Below, one piece after another: positions 1 through 11,256 of a DNA stretch of 64,000 bases. The notes under the pieces were generated by a model that did not search any database, had not been told where the DNA came from, and worked only from the letters and a program-made list of their open reading frames with translations. Origin of the DNA: an uncultured beta proteobacterium (lineage in GTDB: Bacteria > Pseudomonadota > Gammaproteobacteria > Burkholderiales > SG8-39); contig CAWBNB010000033.1 of the NCBI GenBank assembly GCA_963789885.1, positions 29,770-93,769 of the forward strand, written 5' to 3'. How positions within the stretch are numbered: the first letter of the stretch is position 1; each line of letters begins with the position of its first letter. A program made the position numbers and the translations under genes.

Positions 1-923
1 GTCTCGCGCATCGTGCCGCGAATCTTCTTGGTGTCGATCAGCTCGGCCACGCGGGTGAGCAGGCGGTGCTGTTCGATCATGTCGGGCGTCTTGAAGCGCG
101 GGCGCGTGAACATCAGCTCCCAGCAGACCGCCGCGCTCTTGGCGCGCACGCCGTCCTGCGCGAGCGGCCCCTTGGGCGCCACGATCATGCACACCGCACC
201 CTGCGGCGCAACGAGATCGCCCAGCTGCTCCCAGTAGCGGTCGGTGTCGTTGAAGTTGGCGATGTAGTCGACGTGCTTCAGTCCGAGCGCCTCGATCTGC
301 GGGCGCAGCGGCTGCGAATGGTCGACGACGTGGTCGGCGCCAAGCTCCTTGACCCAGGCGATCGTCTCCGGGCGCGACGCGGTCGCGATCACCTTGAGCC
401 CGGCGACCACCTTCGCGATCTGGATCCCGATCGAGCCGACGCCGCCCGCGCCGCCGATGATGAGCAGGCTCGCGCCGCGGTGCCTGCCGCCCGCGTCGAT
501 CTTCATGCGGTCGAAGTACGCCTCCCAGGCGGTGATCGCCGTGAGCGGGATCGCGGCCGCCTGCGCAAAGTCGAGTGTCTTCGGCTTGCGGCCGACGATG
601 CGCTCGTCGACGAGCTGCAGCTCGCTGTTCGACCCGGGCCGCGTGACGTCGCCGGCGTAGTAGACCTCGTCCCCGGGTTTGAACAGCGTCACCTCCGGTC
701 CGACCGCGGCCACCGTGCCGGCGGCGTCGTAGCCGAGGACGCGCGGCTGCGCTTCCACTTTCGGATTCGGCGCGCGCTGTTTCGTGTCGACCGGGTTCAC
801 CGACACCGCTTCGACTTTCACGACGATGTCGTGGCCGGCCGCCTTCGGATCGGGCAGCGTGACGTCGACGAGGGATTCCGGATCGGCGATCGGCAGGTAG
901 CGGGTAAGGGCGACGGCTTTCAT
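1..923 (-). CDS. Zinc-binding alcohol dehydrogenase / quinone oxidoreductase family protein (MDR superfamily); 3' end runs off the window
   Basis: Absent from the supplied ORF track because it has no stop in the window. Hand translation of the minus strand from ATG 923-921 gives MKAVALTRYLPIADPESLVDVTLPDPKAAGHDIVVKVEAVSVNPVDTKQRAPNPK..., then LLIIGGAGGVGSIGIQ (Rossmann GxGxxG), then ...LTRVAELIDTKKIRGTMRE. The frame stays open to nt 2. Confidence 0.8.
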   Translation of the reverse strand, partial: MKAVALTRYLPIADPESLVDVTLPDPKAAGHDIVVKVEAVSVNPVDTKQRAPNPKVEAQPRVLGYDAAGTVAAVGPEVTLFKPGDEVYYAGDVTRPGSNSELQLVDERIVGRKPKTLDFAQAAAIPLTAITAWEAYFDRMKIDAGGRHRGASLLIIGGAGGVGSIGIQIAKVVAGLKVIATASRPETIAWVKELGADHVVDHSQPLRPQIEALGLKHVDYIANFNDTDRYWEQLGDLVAPQGAVCMIVAPKGPLAQDGVRAKSAAVCWELMFTRPRFKTPDMIEQHRLLTRVAELIDTKKIRGTMRE

Positions 924-977
924 TGCGGCAATCCTCTCGGAAAGTGAAGCCAGGGGGCGATACGGTACCCCAAATGC

Positions 978-2639
978 TCACGACCGCGTGACGACGATCC
1001 CGGCGCGCTCGCGATCCCATGCGCGGCCCGGGTCGGCCTCCAGTTCCTCTCGCAGCCGGTACTTCTCCACCTTCTGGTTCAGCGTGCGCGGCAGCTCGGC
1101 GCGGAACTCGACGAATCGCGGGACCATGAAGTAGGCCATGTTACGGCGGCAGTACTCGATCAGCTCCGGCCCGGTCAGCGCGGCCCCGGGCTTCAGGAGG
1201 ATCGCGGCGCCGATCTCCTCGTCGCCGCTTTCGACGCGCACCGGGAACACCGCGGATTCCGCGACCGCCGGATGCGCGGCGATGATCTGCTCGACCTCGA
1301 ACGCCGACACGTTCTCTCCGCGGCGGCGGATCGCATCCTTCTTGCGGTCGACGAACCAAAGGTAGCCGTCGGCGTCGAGGTAGCCGCGGTCGCCGGTGTG
1401 GAACCAGAGGTTGCGCCGCGCCGCGAGGGTCGCTTCGGGCATGTTGTAGTACCCCGACGCCGCGCGCCAGGGATCGCTCGTGCGCGCGAGGATCTCGCCG
1501 GGCTGGCCGGCCGGCACGTCGAAGTCGTCGTCGTCGACCACCCGTACCTCGAAGTTCCGGCGCGGGCGCCCGGACGAGCCGAGCTTCTCCGGCGGGTCGG
1601 CGGTGGTGTACGCGGTGATCATCCCGTAGTCCGACAGCGCGTAGTTGCTGACGAACCGCAGGCCGAAGCGCTGCTCGAACTCGCGCGCGAACTTCGGCAC
1701 CGGCACGCAGCTCACCATGCGCAGGGCGTTCCGCGCGTCGTCGTCGGAGCGCGGCTGGCTCCACAGGAAGTTGACCATCGATCCGAGCATGTTGGTGACG
1801 GTCGCGCCCGATGCGCGCACCTCGTCCCAGTACCGCGACACGGAGAAGCGCCGCACGAGCGCGAGCGAGGCGCCGGTCACCAGCGCGGCGTTAGTCGCCG
1901 CCTGCATGGCGTTCAGGTGAAAGAGCGGCAGGCAGGTGTAGACGACGTCGTCCGGACGGTAGCCGTAGTGCTCGGCGTTGCTCAGGCCGACCGACAGCGC
2001 CGCCGCATGCGACAGCATGTTGCCCTTCGACGGTCCGGTCGTGCCCGACGTGTAGGCGAGGAACGCGAGATCGGAGCAGCGAACGTCGACGTCCGGCGGC
2101 TTGTCCGCAGCCGCCTCGAGGTCGCGATGGTAGTCGGCGACCGCCGCGCTGCCGAAGGCGATCCGCGGCGGTGGGTCGCCGTTCTCCGGGACGACGATCA
2201 GGGTGCGGATCCTCAGCGCCGCCGGGTCGAGCTCCGCCAGGCGGTCGAGCAGTCCGGCGTCGACGATCATCGCGAGCGAGTCGGACTGGGCGAGGTAGTA
2301 GTGGAGGAGGCGGCCCTTCGAGGCGGTGTTGATCGGCACGGCGACCGCGCCGATCTTGCCGAGCGCCCAGCACGCGAGGATGAACTCCGGGCTGTTCTCC
2401 ATCATGATCGCGACGTGGGCACCGCGGCCGATGCCGAGCGCGGCGAGGCCGTTGGCCAGCCGGTTGGAGATGCGGTCGACCTCGGCGAACGTGAAGGACC
2501 GGCCGTCCGGCAGATAGGTCAGGAACTTCTTGTCGCCGGCGCGCTCGACCTGGCGCGCGAGCACCTTCCCGATGGTGAGATCGCGCGTCTCGTAGCCAAG
2601 CGTCGTCAGGAGCTCGCGGCCCGCGCCCGAGACGGTCAT
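978..2639 (-). CDS. AMP-dependent acyl/aryl-CoA synthetase (ligase)
   Basis: 553-aa ORF. It carries the AMP-binding signature FLAYTSGTTGPSKG and the C-terminal GDRGYLDADGYLWFVDRKKD motif, and its length is typical of the family. Confidence 0.9.
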   Translation of the reverse strand: MTVSGAGRELLTTLGYETRDLTIGKVLARQVERAGDKKFLTYLPDGRSFTFAEVDRISNRLANGLAALGIGRGAHVAIMMENSPEFILACWALGKIGAVAVPINTASKGRLLHYYLAQSDSLAMIVDAGLLDRLAELDPAALRIRTLIVVPENGDPPPRIAFGSAAVADYHRDLEAAADKPPDVDVRCSDLAFLAYTSGTTGPSKGNMLSHAAALSVGLSNAEHYGYRPDDVVYTCLPLFHLNAMQAATNAALVTGASLALVRRFSVSRYWDEVRASGATVTNMLGSMVNFLWSQPRSDDDARNALRMVSCVPVPKFAREFEQRFGLRFVSNYALSDYGMITAYTTADPPEKLGSSGRPRRNFEVRVVDDDDFDVPAGQPGEILARTSDPWRAASGYYNMPEATLAARRNLWFHTGDRGYLDADGYLWFVDRKKDAIRRRGENVSAFEVEQIIAAHPAVAESAVFPVRVESGDEEIGAAILLKPGAALTGPELIEYCRRNMAYFMVPRFVEFRAELPRTLNQKVEKYRLREELEADPGRAWDRERAGIVVTRS

Positions 2640-2655
2640 CGCACCTGGCCCCGGC

Positions 2656-3621
2656 TCACTGGATCTTGAAGCCCGTTTCCTGGACCTGACGCGCCACCCT
2701 TTCGAGGGACGCCTTGATGGTGGCGGCGAATTCCTCCGGCGTTCCGGGCGTGATTTCCGACCCGACGAGCGCCTGCTGCAAGGCCGGATCCTTCAGCGCG
2801 ACCTGCACCGCCGCGTTCAGCTTCACGACGATCTCTCTTTGCAGTCCGGCGGGGCCCACCAGGCCGAACCACATGTCGACGTGCGGGTCGTTCAGGCCGG
2901 CGTCGTTCAGCGAAGGCACGTCGGGCGCCGACGGCACGCGCTGCGGCAGCGTGACCAGCAAGCCGCGGACCGATCCGCCCTTGAGCCGCGCCACGGCGTC
3001 GCTCGCCGCCGCGAAGTACATCGCTACCTCGCCCGCCATGAGCGCGCGCAGCGCCGGCGCGGATCCGGCGTAGGGGACGTGCACGAAGTCCGTCCCCAGC
3101 GCCTTGTTGAACTGTTCGGACGCGAAATTGGACACCGACCCGATACCCGCCGTGGCGTAGTTCAGCTTCCCGGTTCGCTGCCTGCCGGCGGCGACGAGAT
3201 CGGAGAGCGTCTTGTACGGACTCGACTCCGGGACGATCAGGATCAGCGGCTGCGACGTGATGCCTGCGATCGCCGTGAAGGCGGTCCGCGGGTCGTACCC
3301 GACGTCCTTCTTCGCGATCGGCGTGATGACGGTCGCGCCGAGGCTGCCGATGAGCAGCGTGTAGCCGTCGGGCGCGGCGCGCGCGACCGACGCCGAACCG
3401 ACCGTGCCGGCCGCACCCGGGCGGTTTTCCACGATCACCGACTGCCCGAGCTCACCCGCCATCTTCGTCGCGACCAGCCGCGCCGCGATGTCCTGCGCGC
3501 CCCCGGGCGGGAAGGGCACCACGATGGTGATCGTTCTCGACGGATAGCTTTGCGCGTGCGCAACCGGCGCCGCGACGAGCAGCAGCGCGATGGCCAGGAT
3601 CGATCGCAGCGGCGTTCTCAT
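2656..3621 (-). CDS. Bug/TctC-family tripartite tricarboxylate transporter substrate-binding protein
   Basis: 321-aa ORF with signal peptide MRTPLRSILAIALLLVAAPVAHA and the hallmark IVVPFPPGGAQD...VENRPGAAG. Confidence 0.9.
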   Translation of the reverse strand: MRTPLRSILAIALLLVAAPVAHAQSYPSRTITIVVPFPPGGAQDIAARLVATKMAGELGQSVIVENRPGAAGTVGSASVARAAPDGYTLLIGSLGATVITPIAKKDVGYDPRTAFTAIAGITSQPLILIVPESSPYKTLSDLVAAGRQRTGKLNYATAGIGSVSNFASEQFNKALGTDFVHVPYAGSAPALRALMAGEVAMYFAAASDAVARLKGGSVRGLLVTLPQRVPSAPDVPSLNDAGLNDPHVDMWFGLVGPAGLQREIVVKLNAAVQVALKDPALQQALVGSEITPGTPEEFAATIKASLERVARQVQETGFKIQ

Positions 3622-3638
3622 TCTTGTGCGCCTCCCTT

Positions 3639-3678
3639 TGGGACGTTCGGTGAGTGGGACGTCCTCGAGTGGGACGTT
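3639..3678. promoter_or_regulatory. Candidate operator: three direct TGGGACGT repeats in a divergent promoter region
   Basis: TGGGACGT occurs at 3639, 3655 and 3670. The last two copies read GAGTGGGACGT, and the spacing is 15-16 nt. The middle copy contains the palindrome GGACGTCC. All three lie in the 106-nt gap between the divergent genes starting at 3621 (-) and 3728 (+). Confidence 0.35.
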
Positions 3679-3727
3679 CCCGTTAGGCTATGCTCCACGC
3701 GCGAAGCATAAAGGAGGATCGAGCGAA

Positions 3728-4909
3728 ATGAACGGTCTGCGCGACCGTGGCATCGCGATCGTCGGCTACGCTGACACGAAGCTCGTCCGGCGCGGTGGCA
3801 GGACGGTGCTCCAGCTGGCGGGCGAGGTGCTGCAGACGCTGCTCGAGCGGACCGGTATCGAGCGTGCGCGCGTCGACGGCCTCGCGACGACCATGGCGTG
3901 GTCGGAGGCGGGCAACGCGTTCTACTCGAGCTCGCTCGCGGAAGGCCTGGGACTGTCGCTGACCTGGTCCCAGGTCACCGACATCGGCGGCGCCTCGCCG
4001 GTGGGCAATGTCGCGCGCGCCGCCGCGGCGATCAACGCGGGGCTGTGCGAGATGGTGCTCTGCCTCGGCGCCGACGCCGTCACGACGCAGGACTTCGGCC
4101 GCCAGACCTGGTATCGCACCGAGTTCCTCGAGCCGCTCGGGTACAGCGGCCCGCTCGTCGAGTTCGCCCTGCTGTCGAGCGCGTATGCCGACCGCTACGG
4201 CAGTCCCGACGCGGCGCTCGCCAAGCTCGCGGTCGCGCAGCGCGACGGCGCGCTGCTCAACGATCACGCGTGCGACGTGCTACGCAAGCCGCTCACGGCG
4301 GAGGAATACCTCGGCTCGCGCGTGGTGTCGCATCCGCTCCGCATCCTCGACTGCGTGATGCGCTGCGACGGCGCGAACGCGGTGCTGGTCACCTCGACGA
4401 AGCTCGCGCGCGCTATCGGGCTGAAGAAGATGGTGCACCCGATCGCCTACCGGGAGCGCGTGAACTTCGACCCGCAGCAGCGAGTCGACGACATCACGCT
4501 GTCCGGTTTCTCCGAGATCGGCCCGCAGGTGCTTGAAGACGCGGGAATGAAGCCGGCAGACGTGCGGATGTTCCATCCCTACGACGACTTCCTGATCGTC
4601 GTGCCGATGAAGCTCGAGCACTTCGGTTTCTGTCCGCCCGGCGGGGGCGCGAGGTTCATCCTCGATCACGACATCGCCTGCACGGGCGACTTCCCGATCA
4701 ACACCGGCGGCGGTCAGATCTCGGCCGGCCAGCCGGGCCTCGCCGGCGGCGGCGTGAACCTGGTGGAGGCCGTGCAGCAGCTCTTCGGCGAAGCGGGCGC
4801 GCGCCAGGTCCCGAACGCGGTGAACGCGCTGGTGACCGGGATGGGCGGCGTGCAGTACGCCCGCAACTGGGCCAACAGCTGCGCGCTCGTCCTGGAGCCG
4901 GGCCGATGA
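3728..4909 (+). CDS. Thiolase-like protein (SCP-X / nonspecific lipid-transfer type acetyl-CoA acyltransferase)
   Basis: Lies in ORF 3590-4909. I moved the start to ATG 3728, which is preceded by AAGGAGG (3711-3717). N-terminus MNGLRDRGIAIVGYADTK; thiolase-type C-terminal region GGGQISAGQPGLAGG. Confidence 0.8.
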   Translation: MNGLRDRGIAIVGYADTKLVRRGGRTVLQLAGEVLQTLLERTGIERARVDGLATTMAWSEAGNAFYSSSLAEGLGLSLTWSQVTDIGGASPVGNVARAAAAINAGLCEMVLCLGADAVTTQDFGRQTWYRTEFLEPLGYSGPLVEFALLSSAYADRYGSPDAALAKLAVAQRDGALLNDHACDVLRKPLTAEEYLGSRVVSHPLRILDCVMRCDGANAVLVTSTKLARAIGLKKMVHPIAYRERVNFDPQQRVDDITLSGFSEIGPQVLEDAGMKPADVRMFHPYDDFLIVVPMKLEHFGFCPPGGGARFILDHDIACTGDFPINTGGGQISAGQPGLAGGGVNLVEAVQQLFGEAGARQVPNAVNALVTGMGGVQYARNWANSCALVLEPGR

Positions 4910-5310
4910 AGAAGCCGAAGCCGGAAATCCGCCCGACGGACCTGAGCCGCGCGTTCTGGGACGGCGTGGCGGAGCGCCGCCTGCTGCTCCAGTACGACCC
5001 GGTGGCGCGGCGCTACCAGTTCTATCCGCGGCCGCTGAGCCTCTTCGGCGACGGCCGAATGCTCGAGTGGCGGGCCGCAAGCGGGCGCGGGAAGCTCGTC
5101 GCGCAGACGCTGTGCCACGCCCCGGCACCCGGGTTCGACGAGGAGGTGCCCTACGTCCTGGGCATCGTCGCGCTGGAGGAAGGGCCGCGGGTGTTCGCCC
5201 GCATCGTGAACGCCGAATTCGGCGCGCTGAAGATCGGACAGGCGATGCGCCTCGTGTGGGACGAAACGCGCGCCGGCCGGCCGCTCTACCAGTTCGAGCC
5301 AGCGACGTGA
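4906..5310 (+). CDS. DUF35 OB-fold / Zn-ribbon acyl-CoA-associated protein (thiolase partner)
   Basis: 134-aa ORF whose start overlaps the upstream stop (ATGA). It shows a DUF35-like pattern (LLLQYDPVARRYQFYPRP ... YVLGIVALEEGPRVFARI) and has the classic pairing with an SCP-X-type thiolase. Confidence 0.75.
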   Translation: MKKPKPEIRPTDLSRAFWDGVAERRLLLQYDPVARRYQFYPRPLSLFGDGRMLEWRAASGRGKLVAQTLCHAPAPGFDEEVPYVLGIVALEEGPRVFARIVNAEFGALKIGQAMRLVWDETRAGRPLYQFEPAT

Positions 5311-5324
5311 TCCCGGTGGACCAT

Positions 5325-7500
<2,176 letters not shown>

Positions 7501-7509
7501 GGCGGTCTC

Positions 7510-8469
7510 TCACTCCACCTTCGCACCGGATTCGCGCACGAGCTTTTCCCACATCGGTGCTTCCGCCTTGATCTCGGCTTCGAAGGCCTCGGGCGAGGCG
7601 GACGGCGCCGCGTCCATGCCCTGGAGCGCGATCTTGTCCTTCGTCTCCGGTTTCGCGAGGCCCCGTACCGCTGCTTCGTGCAGCCGCTTGACGACGGCCG
7701 GCGGGGTGCCGGCGGGAACGAACAGGCCGAACCAGAACGTGAAGTCGTAGCCGGGCATGCCGGCTTCCTCCGCACCGGGGATACCCGGCACCGCGGGCGA
7801 TGCGGCGCGGGTGCTGAGTGCGAGCCCGCGCATGCGTCCGGCGCGGATGAAGCCCATGACGGTCGGCGCGGTGGCGAACATCACCTGGGTGTCGCCGGAG
7901 AGCAGCGACTGCGCGGCCGGGCCGCCGCCCTTGAACTGCACCGACGTGAACTTGATGCCCGCCACCGATTCGAAGAGCACCGACGCGAGGTGGGGCGCCG
8001 AGCCGTAGCCGGCCGAGGCGTTGAAGAGCTTGCCCGGGTTCGCCCGCGCGTAGTCGATCAGCTCCTTCAGGTCCTTCACCTGGAGGTTGTTGTTCACGCA
8101 GATCACGGTCGGGCCGTTGGCGACTCTCGACACCGCGGCAAATCCCCGGTCGGCGTCGTATGCGATGCTCTTGTACAGCGCCTTGTTCACGGCGAAGTGC
8201 GTTGCGTTCAGCACGGTGTAGCCGTCCGCCGGCGCCTTCGCGACGACCTCGTTCGCGATGTTTCCGCCCGCGCCGGGCCGGTTGTCCGCGACCACCGACA
8301 CGCCGAGCTCCTTCGACATCTCGTCGGCCATGACGCGGGTGAGGAAGTCGCCCGAGCCGCCGGGCGGGTAGCCGACGACGAGCTTGACTGGCTTGGACGG
8401 GAATGTCTGCGCGTGGACGTGCACCGCCATCGCGCAGGCGAGCAGCGAACCGAGTACGCGAACGATCAT
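7510..8469 (-). CDS. Bug/TctC-family substrate-binding protein
   Basis: 319-aa ORF with a signal peptide and the hallmark LVVGYPPGGSGD...ADNRPGAGG. Confidence 0.9.
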   Translation of the reverse strand: MIVRVLGSLLACAMAVHVHAQTFPSKPVKLVVGYPPGGSGDFLTRVMADEMSKELGVSVVADNRPGAGGNIANEVVAKAPADGYTVLNATHFAVNKALYKSIAYDADRGFAAVSRVANGPTVICVNNNLQVKDLKELIDYARANPGKLFNASAGYGSAPHLASVLFESVAGIKFTSVQFKGGGPAAQSLLSGDTQVMFATAPTVMGFIRAGRMRGLALSTRAASPAVPGIPGAEEAGMPGYDFTFWFGLFVPAGTPPAVVKRLHEAAVRGLAKPETKDKIALQGMDAAPSASPEAFEAEIKAEAPMWEKLVRESGAKVE

Positions 8470-8555
8470 GGACCTCCTCCCATTGCCTGCGCCCGCATCC
8501 TAGCCAATTCCGGGGAACGTGGAGCGCGGTTGGAGCCGGTGTACGATGCGCGCCG

Positions 8556-9701
8556 ATGAAGACCTGGGACGTTGCGGTGATCGGGGCCGGCTGCTTCGGC
8601 GCCTGGACGGCCTCGAGCCTCCGGCGCAAGGGGCTGAGCGTCCTCCTCGTCGACAAGTACGGACCGGCGAGCGCGCGCGCGAGCTCCGGCGGCGAGTCGC
8701 GGATCATCCGCATGGGCTACGGCCCCGACGAGCTCTACACGCGCATGGCGCTGCGTTCGCTCGCCGCCTGGCAGCGTCTCGGCACGGAAGCCCGGGAGTC
8801 GATCTTCCACGCCACCGGCGTCCTCTGGCTCGCGCGCACCGCGGACCGCTATACGGCCGACACGCTCGCCACGCTCGCCCGCGTCGGCGTTCCCCACGAG
8901 GCGCTCGATGCGCGTTCGATCCGCGCGCGCTACCCGCAGTTCGTGCTCGACGACGACGCGTGGGGCATCTTCGAGCCGGAGAGCGGCGCGCTGATGGCGC
9001 GCCGCGCGGTGCACGCGGTCGTGCGCGAAGCAGTGCGGGCGGGCGCGGAATATCGCGACGCCGACGTTGCGCCGCCGGACGCGCGCGGGCGCCTGCCCGC
9101 GGTCCGAGCGGGCGATGGCGCCGCGATCGCGGCGGGGACATTCGTCTTCGCGTGCGGGCCCTGGCTGCCGAAGGTGTTTCCGGACCTCCTCGGCGCGCGG
9201 ATCTTTCCGACGCGGCAGGAGGTGTTCTTCTTCGGCCCGCCTCCGGGCGACGCGCGCTTCGCCCCGCCGCGGATGCCGACCTGGATCGACTTCGGCGCCG
9301 AGACCTACGGCCTGCCGGACCTCGAAACGCGCGGGTTCAAGCTCGCGCCCGATCGTCACGGCGAGCCGATCGATCCCGACACCGACGAGCGGCTGGTCTC
9401 GCCGGCGAGCGTCGAGCGCGTGCGCGCGTTCCTGGCCCGGCGCTTTCCGGCGCTCGCCGCTGCGCCGCTGGTCGAGACGCGCGTGTGCCAGTACGAGAAC
9501 ACGTCGAACGGCGATTTCCTGATCGACCGCCATCCGGAGGCCGAGAACGTCTGGCTGGTCGGCGGCGGCTCGGGGCACGGCTTCAAGCACGGTCCGGCGG
9601 TCGGCGAATACGTCGCGGAGCGGCTGACGGGCGGCGGGGCGCCCGAGCCGCGATTCGGGCTCGCAACGAAGCAGGCGGCGAAGAAGCGGGCGGTGTTCTA
9701 A
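8556..9701 (+). CDS. FAD-dependent oxidoreductase (DAO / sarcosine-oxidase-beta-like)
   Basis: Lies in ORF 8403-9701. I moved the start to ATG 8556, giving MKTWDVAVIGAGCFGAWTA (GxGxxG). C-terminal motif GGGSGHGFKHGPAVG. Confidence 0.8.
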   Translation: MKTWDVAVIGAGCFGAWTASSLRRKGLSVLLVDKYGPASARASSGGESRIIRMGYGPDELYTRMALRSLAAWQRLGTEARESIFHATGVLWLARTADRYTADTLATLARVGVPHEALDARSIRARYPQFVLDDDAWGIFEPESGALMARRAVHAVVREAVRAGAEYRDADVAPPDARGRLPAVRAGDGAAIAAGTFVFACGPWLPKVFPDLLGARIFPTRQEVFFFGPPPGDARFAPPRMPTWIDFGAETYGLPDLETRGFKLAPDRHGEPIDPDTDERLVSPASVERVRAFLARRFPALAAAPLVETRVCQYENTSNGDFLIDRHPEAENVWLVGGGSGHGFKHGPAVGEYVAERLTGGGAPEPRFGLATKQAAKKRAVF

Positions 9702-9728
9702 TCGGGGCCAAGAGCGGGGAGGGGCGGG

Positions 9729-10706
9729 ATGCGCGGACTACAGGGCACCATGGCGACGGCGCTTGCAGCGCTCGCGTTCGCCGCGCACGCCCAGGGCGGC
9801 GATCCCGCCGACTACCCGAGCCGTCCGATCCGCATCATCGTGGGGTTCACGCCGGGCGGCGGGCCGGACATCACCGCGCGCTACGTGGCGCAGAAGCTCG
9901 CCGAGTCCTTCAAGCAGCAGGTGCTGGTCGAGAACCGGCCGGGCGCGGGCGGCACGGTGGCGGCGAGCTTCGTCGCGACCGCGCCGCCCGACGGCTACAC
10001 GCTCCTTTCGGTCTCGTCCGCGCATGCGGTCGCCCCGGCGATCTACGCGAAGCTGCCATACGACACGCAGAAGGACCTCGCCGGCATCACGCTCACCGCC
10101 ACGTCGAAGTACCTGCTGGTGGTGCCGCCGTCGCTCGGCGCGAAGAGCGTGCAGGAGCTGATCGCCATGGCGAAGGCACGGCCGGGGCACCTCAACTTCT
10201 CCTCGGCCGGCGTGGGCAGCGGCACGCACTTCGCCGCGGAGCTGTTCAAGAGCATGGCGTCGATCGACGTCGTGCACGTGCCCTTCAAGGGCATTCCCGA
10301 AGCGCTCACCGAGACGGTGACCGGGCGCGTGCAGTTCTTCATGGCGCCGATCGCGAACGGGGTGAACCTGGTGAGGGACGGCCGCCTCCTCGCGCTCGGC
10401 GTGTCCTCGGCGCAGCGCGATGCCCTGGTCCCCGACGTCCCGACGATCGCCGAAGCGGGCGTGCCCGGCTACGACTCGATCCTGTGGTTCGGACTGCTCA
10501 CCTCGGCGCGCACGCCGCGGCCGGTGATCGCGAAGCTGAACCGCGAGACCGTGCGCTTCCTCCACGATCCGGAAGCGAAGGCACGCTGGGCGCCGATCGG
10601 GCTCGACCCGCGCCCCACCACGCCGCAGGAGTTCGACAAGTTGATCGCGGACGACATCGCGACCTTCACGCGCCTCGCGCGGGCGGGGAACATCCGCGCG
10701 GATTGA
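9729..10706 (+). CDS. Bug/TctC-family substrate-binding protein
   Basis: 325-aa ORF with a signal peptide and the hallmark IIVGFTPGGGPD...VENRPGAGG. Confidence 0.9.
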   Translation: MRGLQGTMATALAALAFAAHAQGGDPADYPSRPIRIIVGFTPGGGPDITARYVAQKLAESFKQQVLVENRPGAGGTVAASFVATAPPDGYTLLSVSSAHAVAPAIYAKLPYDTQKDLAGITLTATSKYLLVVPPSLGAKSVQELIAMAKARPGHLNFSSAGVGSGTHFAAELFKSMASIDVVHVPFKGIPEALTETVTGRVQFFMAPIANGVNLVRDGRLLALGVSSAQRDALVPDVPTIAEAGVPGYDSILWFGLLTSARTPRPVIAKLNRETVRFLHDPEAKARWAPIGLDPRPTTPQEFDKLIADDIATFTRLARAGNIRAD

Positions 10707-10734
10707 CCAACCAGCCAGACGAAAGGGGTTCCAC

Positions 10735-11220
10735 ATGAAGCGTGTTCTTGCAGCTCTCATCGCGGCCGCGTGCGCCTGCGCCGGCGCTGCGGTGGCGCAG
10801 GACAAAAGCGCCAAGCCGTCGGCCGCGGACGCGAAGCGCGGTCGGTACCTCGTGCAAATCGCCGGCTGCAACGACTGCCACACGCTGGGCTACCCGGAGT
10901 CGGGCGGCAAGGTCGACGAGAAGGTCTGGCTTACGGGAAGTCCGCTCGGCTGGCGCGGGCCGTGGGGAACGACGTACGCCGCCAATCTGCGCCTGGTCGC
11001 GCAATCGATGACCGAAGCGCAATGGATGAAACGGGCGCGGAGCGAATTGCGCCCGCCGATGCCCTGGTTCAACGTGCGCGACATGAGCGACAAGGACGTC
11101 CGGGCGATCTATCGCTATCTCAAGGCCCTCGGCCCGGCGGGGACCGCCGCGCCCGACTACGTGCCGCCGGACAGGGAGCCCAAGCCGCCGTTCGTGCAGT
11201 TCCCTGCGCCGCCGAAGTGA
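10735..11220 (+). CDS. Periplasmic c-type cytochrome (monohaem)
   Basis: 161-aa ORF with signal peptide MKRVLAALIAAACACAGAAVA and a single CNDCH haem-binding motif. Confidence 0.8.
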   Translation: MKRVLAALIAAACACAGAAVAQDKSAKPSAADAKRGRYLVQIAGCNDCHTLGYPESGGKVDEKVWLTGSPLGWRGPWGTTYAANLRLVAQSMTEAQWMKRARSELRPPMPWFNVRDMSDKDVRAIYRYLKALGPAGTAAPDYVPPDREPKPPFVQFPAPPK

Positions 11221-11256
11221 AGCGGAGGGCGGATCCGACGGCGCCGGCCGCACGCC

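Noticed and set aside
66-947. 293-aa plus-strand ORF
   Set aside because: Its translation is Arg/Asp/His-rich and low in complexity. It lies antisense to a well-conserved MDR dehydrogenase gene that is missing from the track only because it runs off the window. This is a typical high-GC shadow ORF.
3639-3678. Short direct repeats considered as a possible mini-CRISPR
   Set aside because: The repeats are only 8-11 nt long with 5-8-nt spacers, and there are only three copies. They sit in a divergent promoter, so an operator-like explanation fits better.
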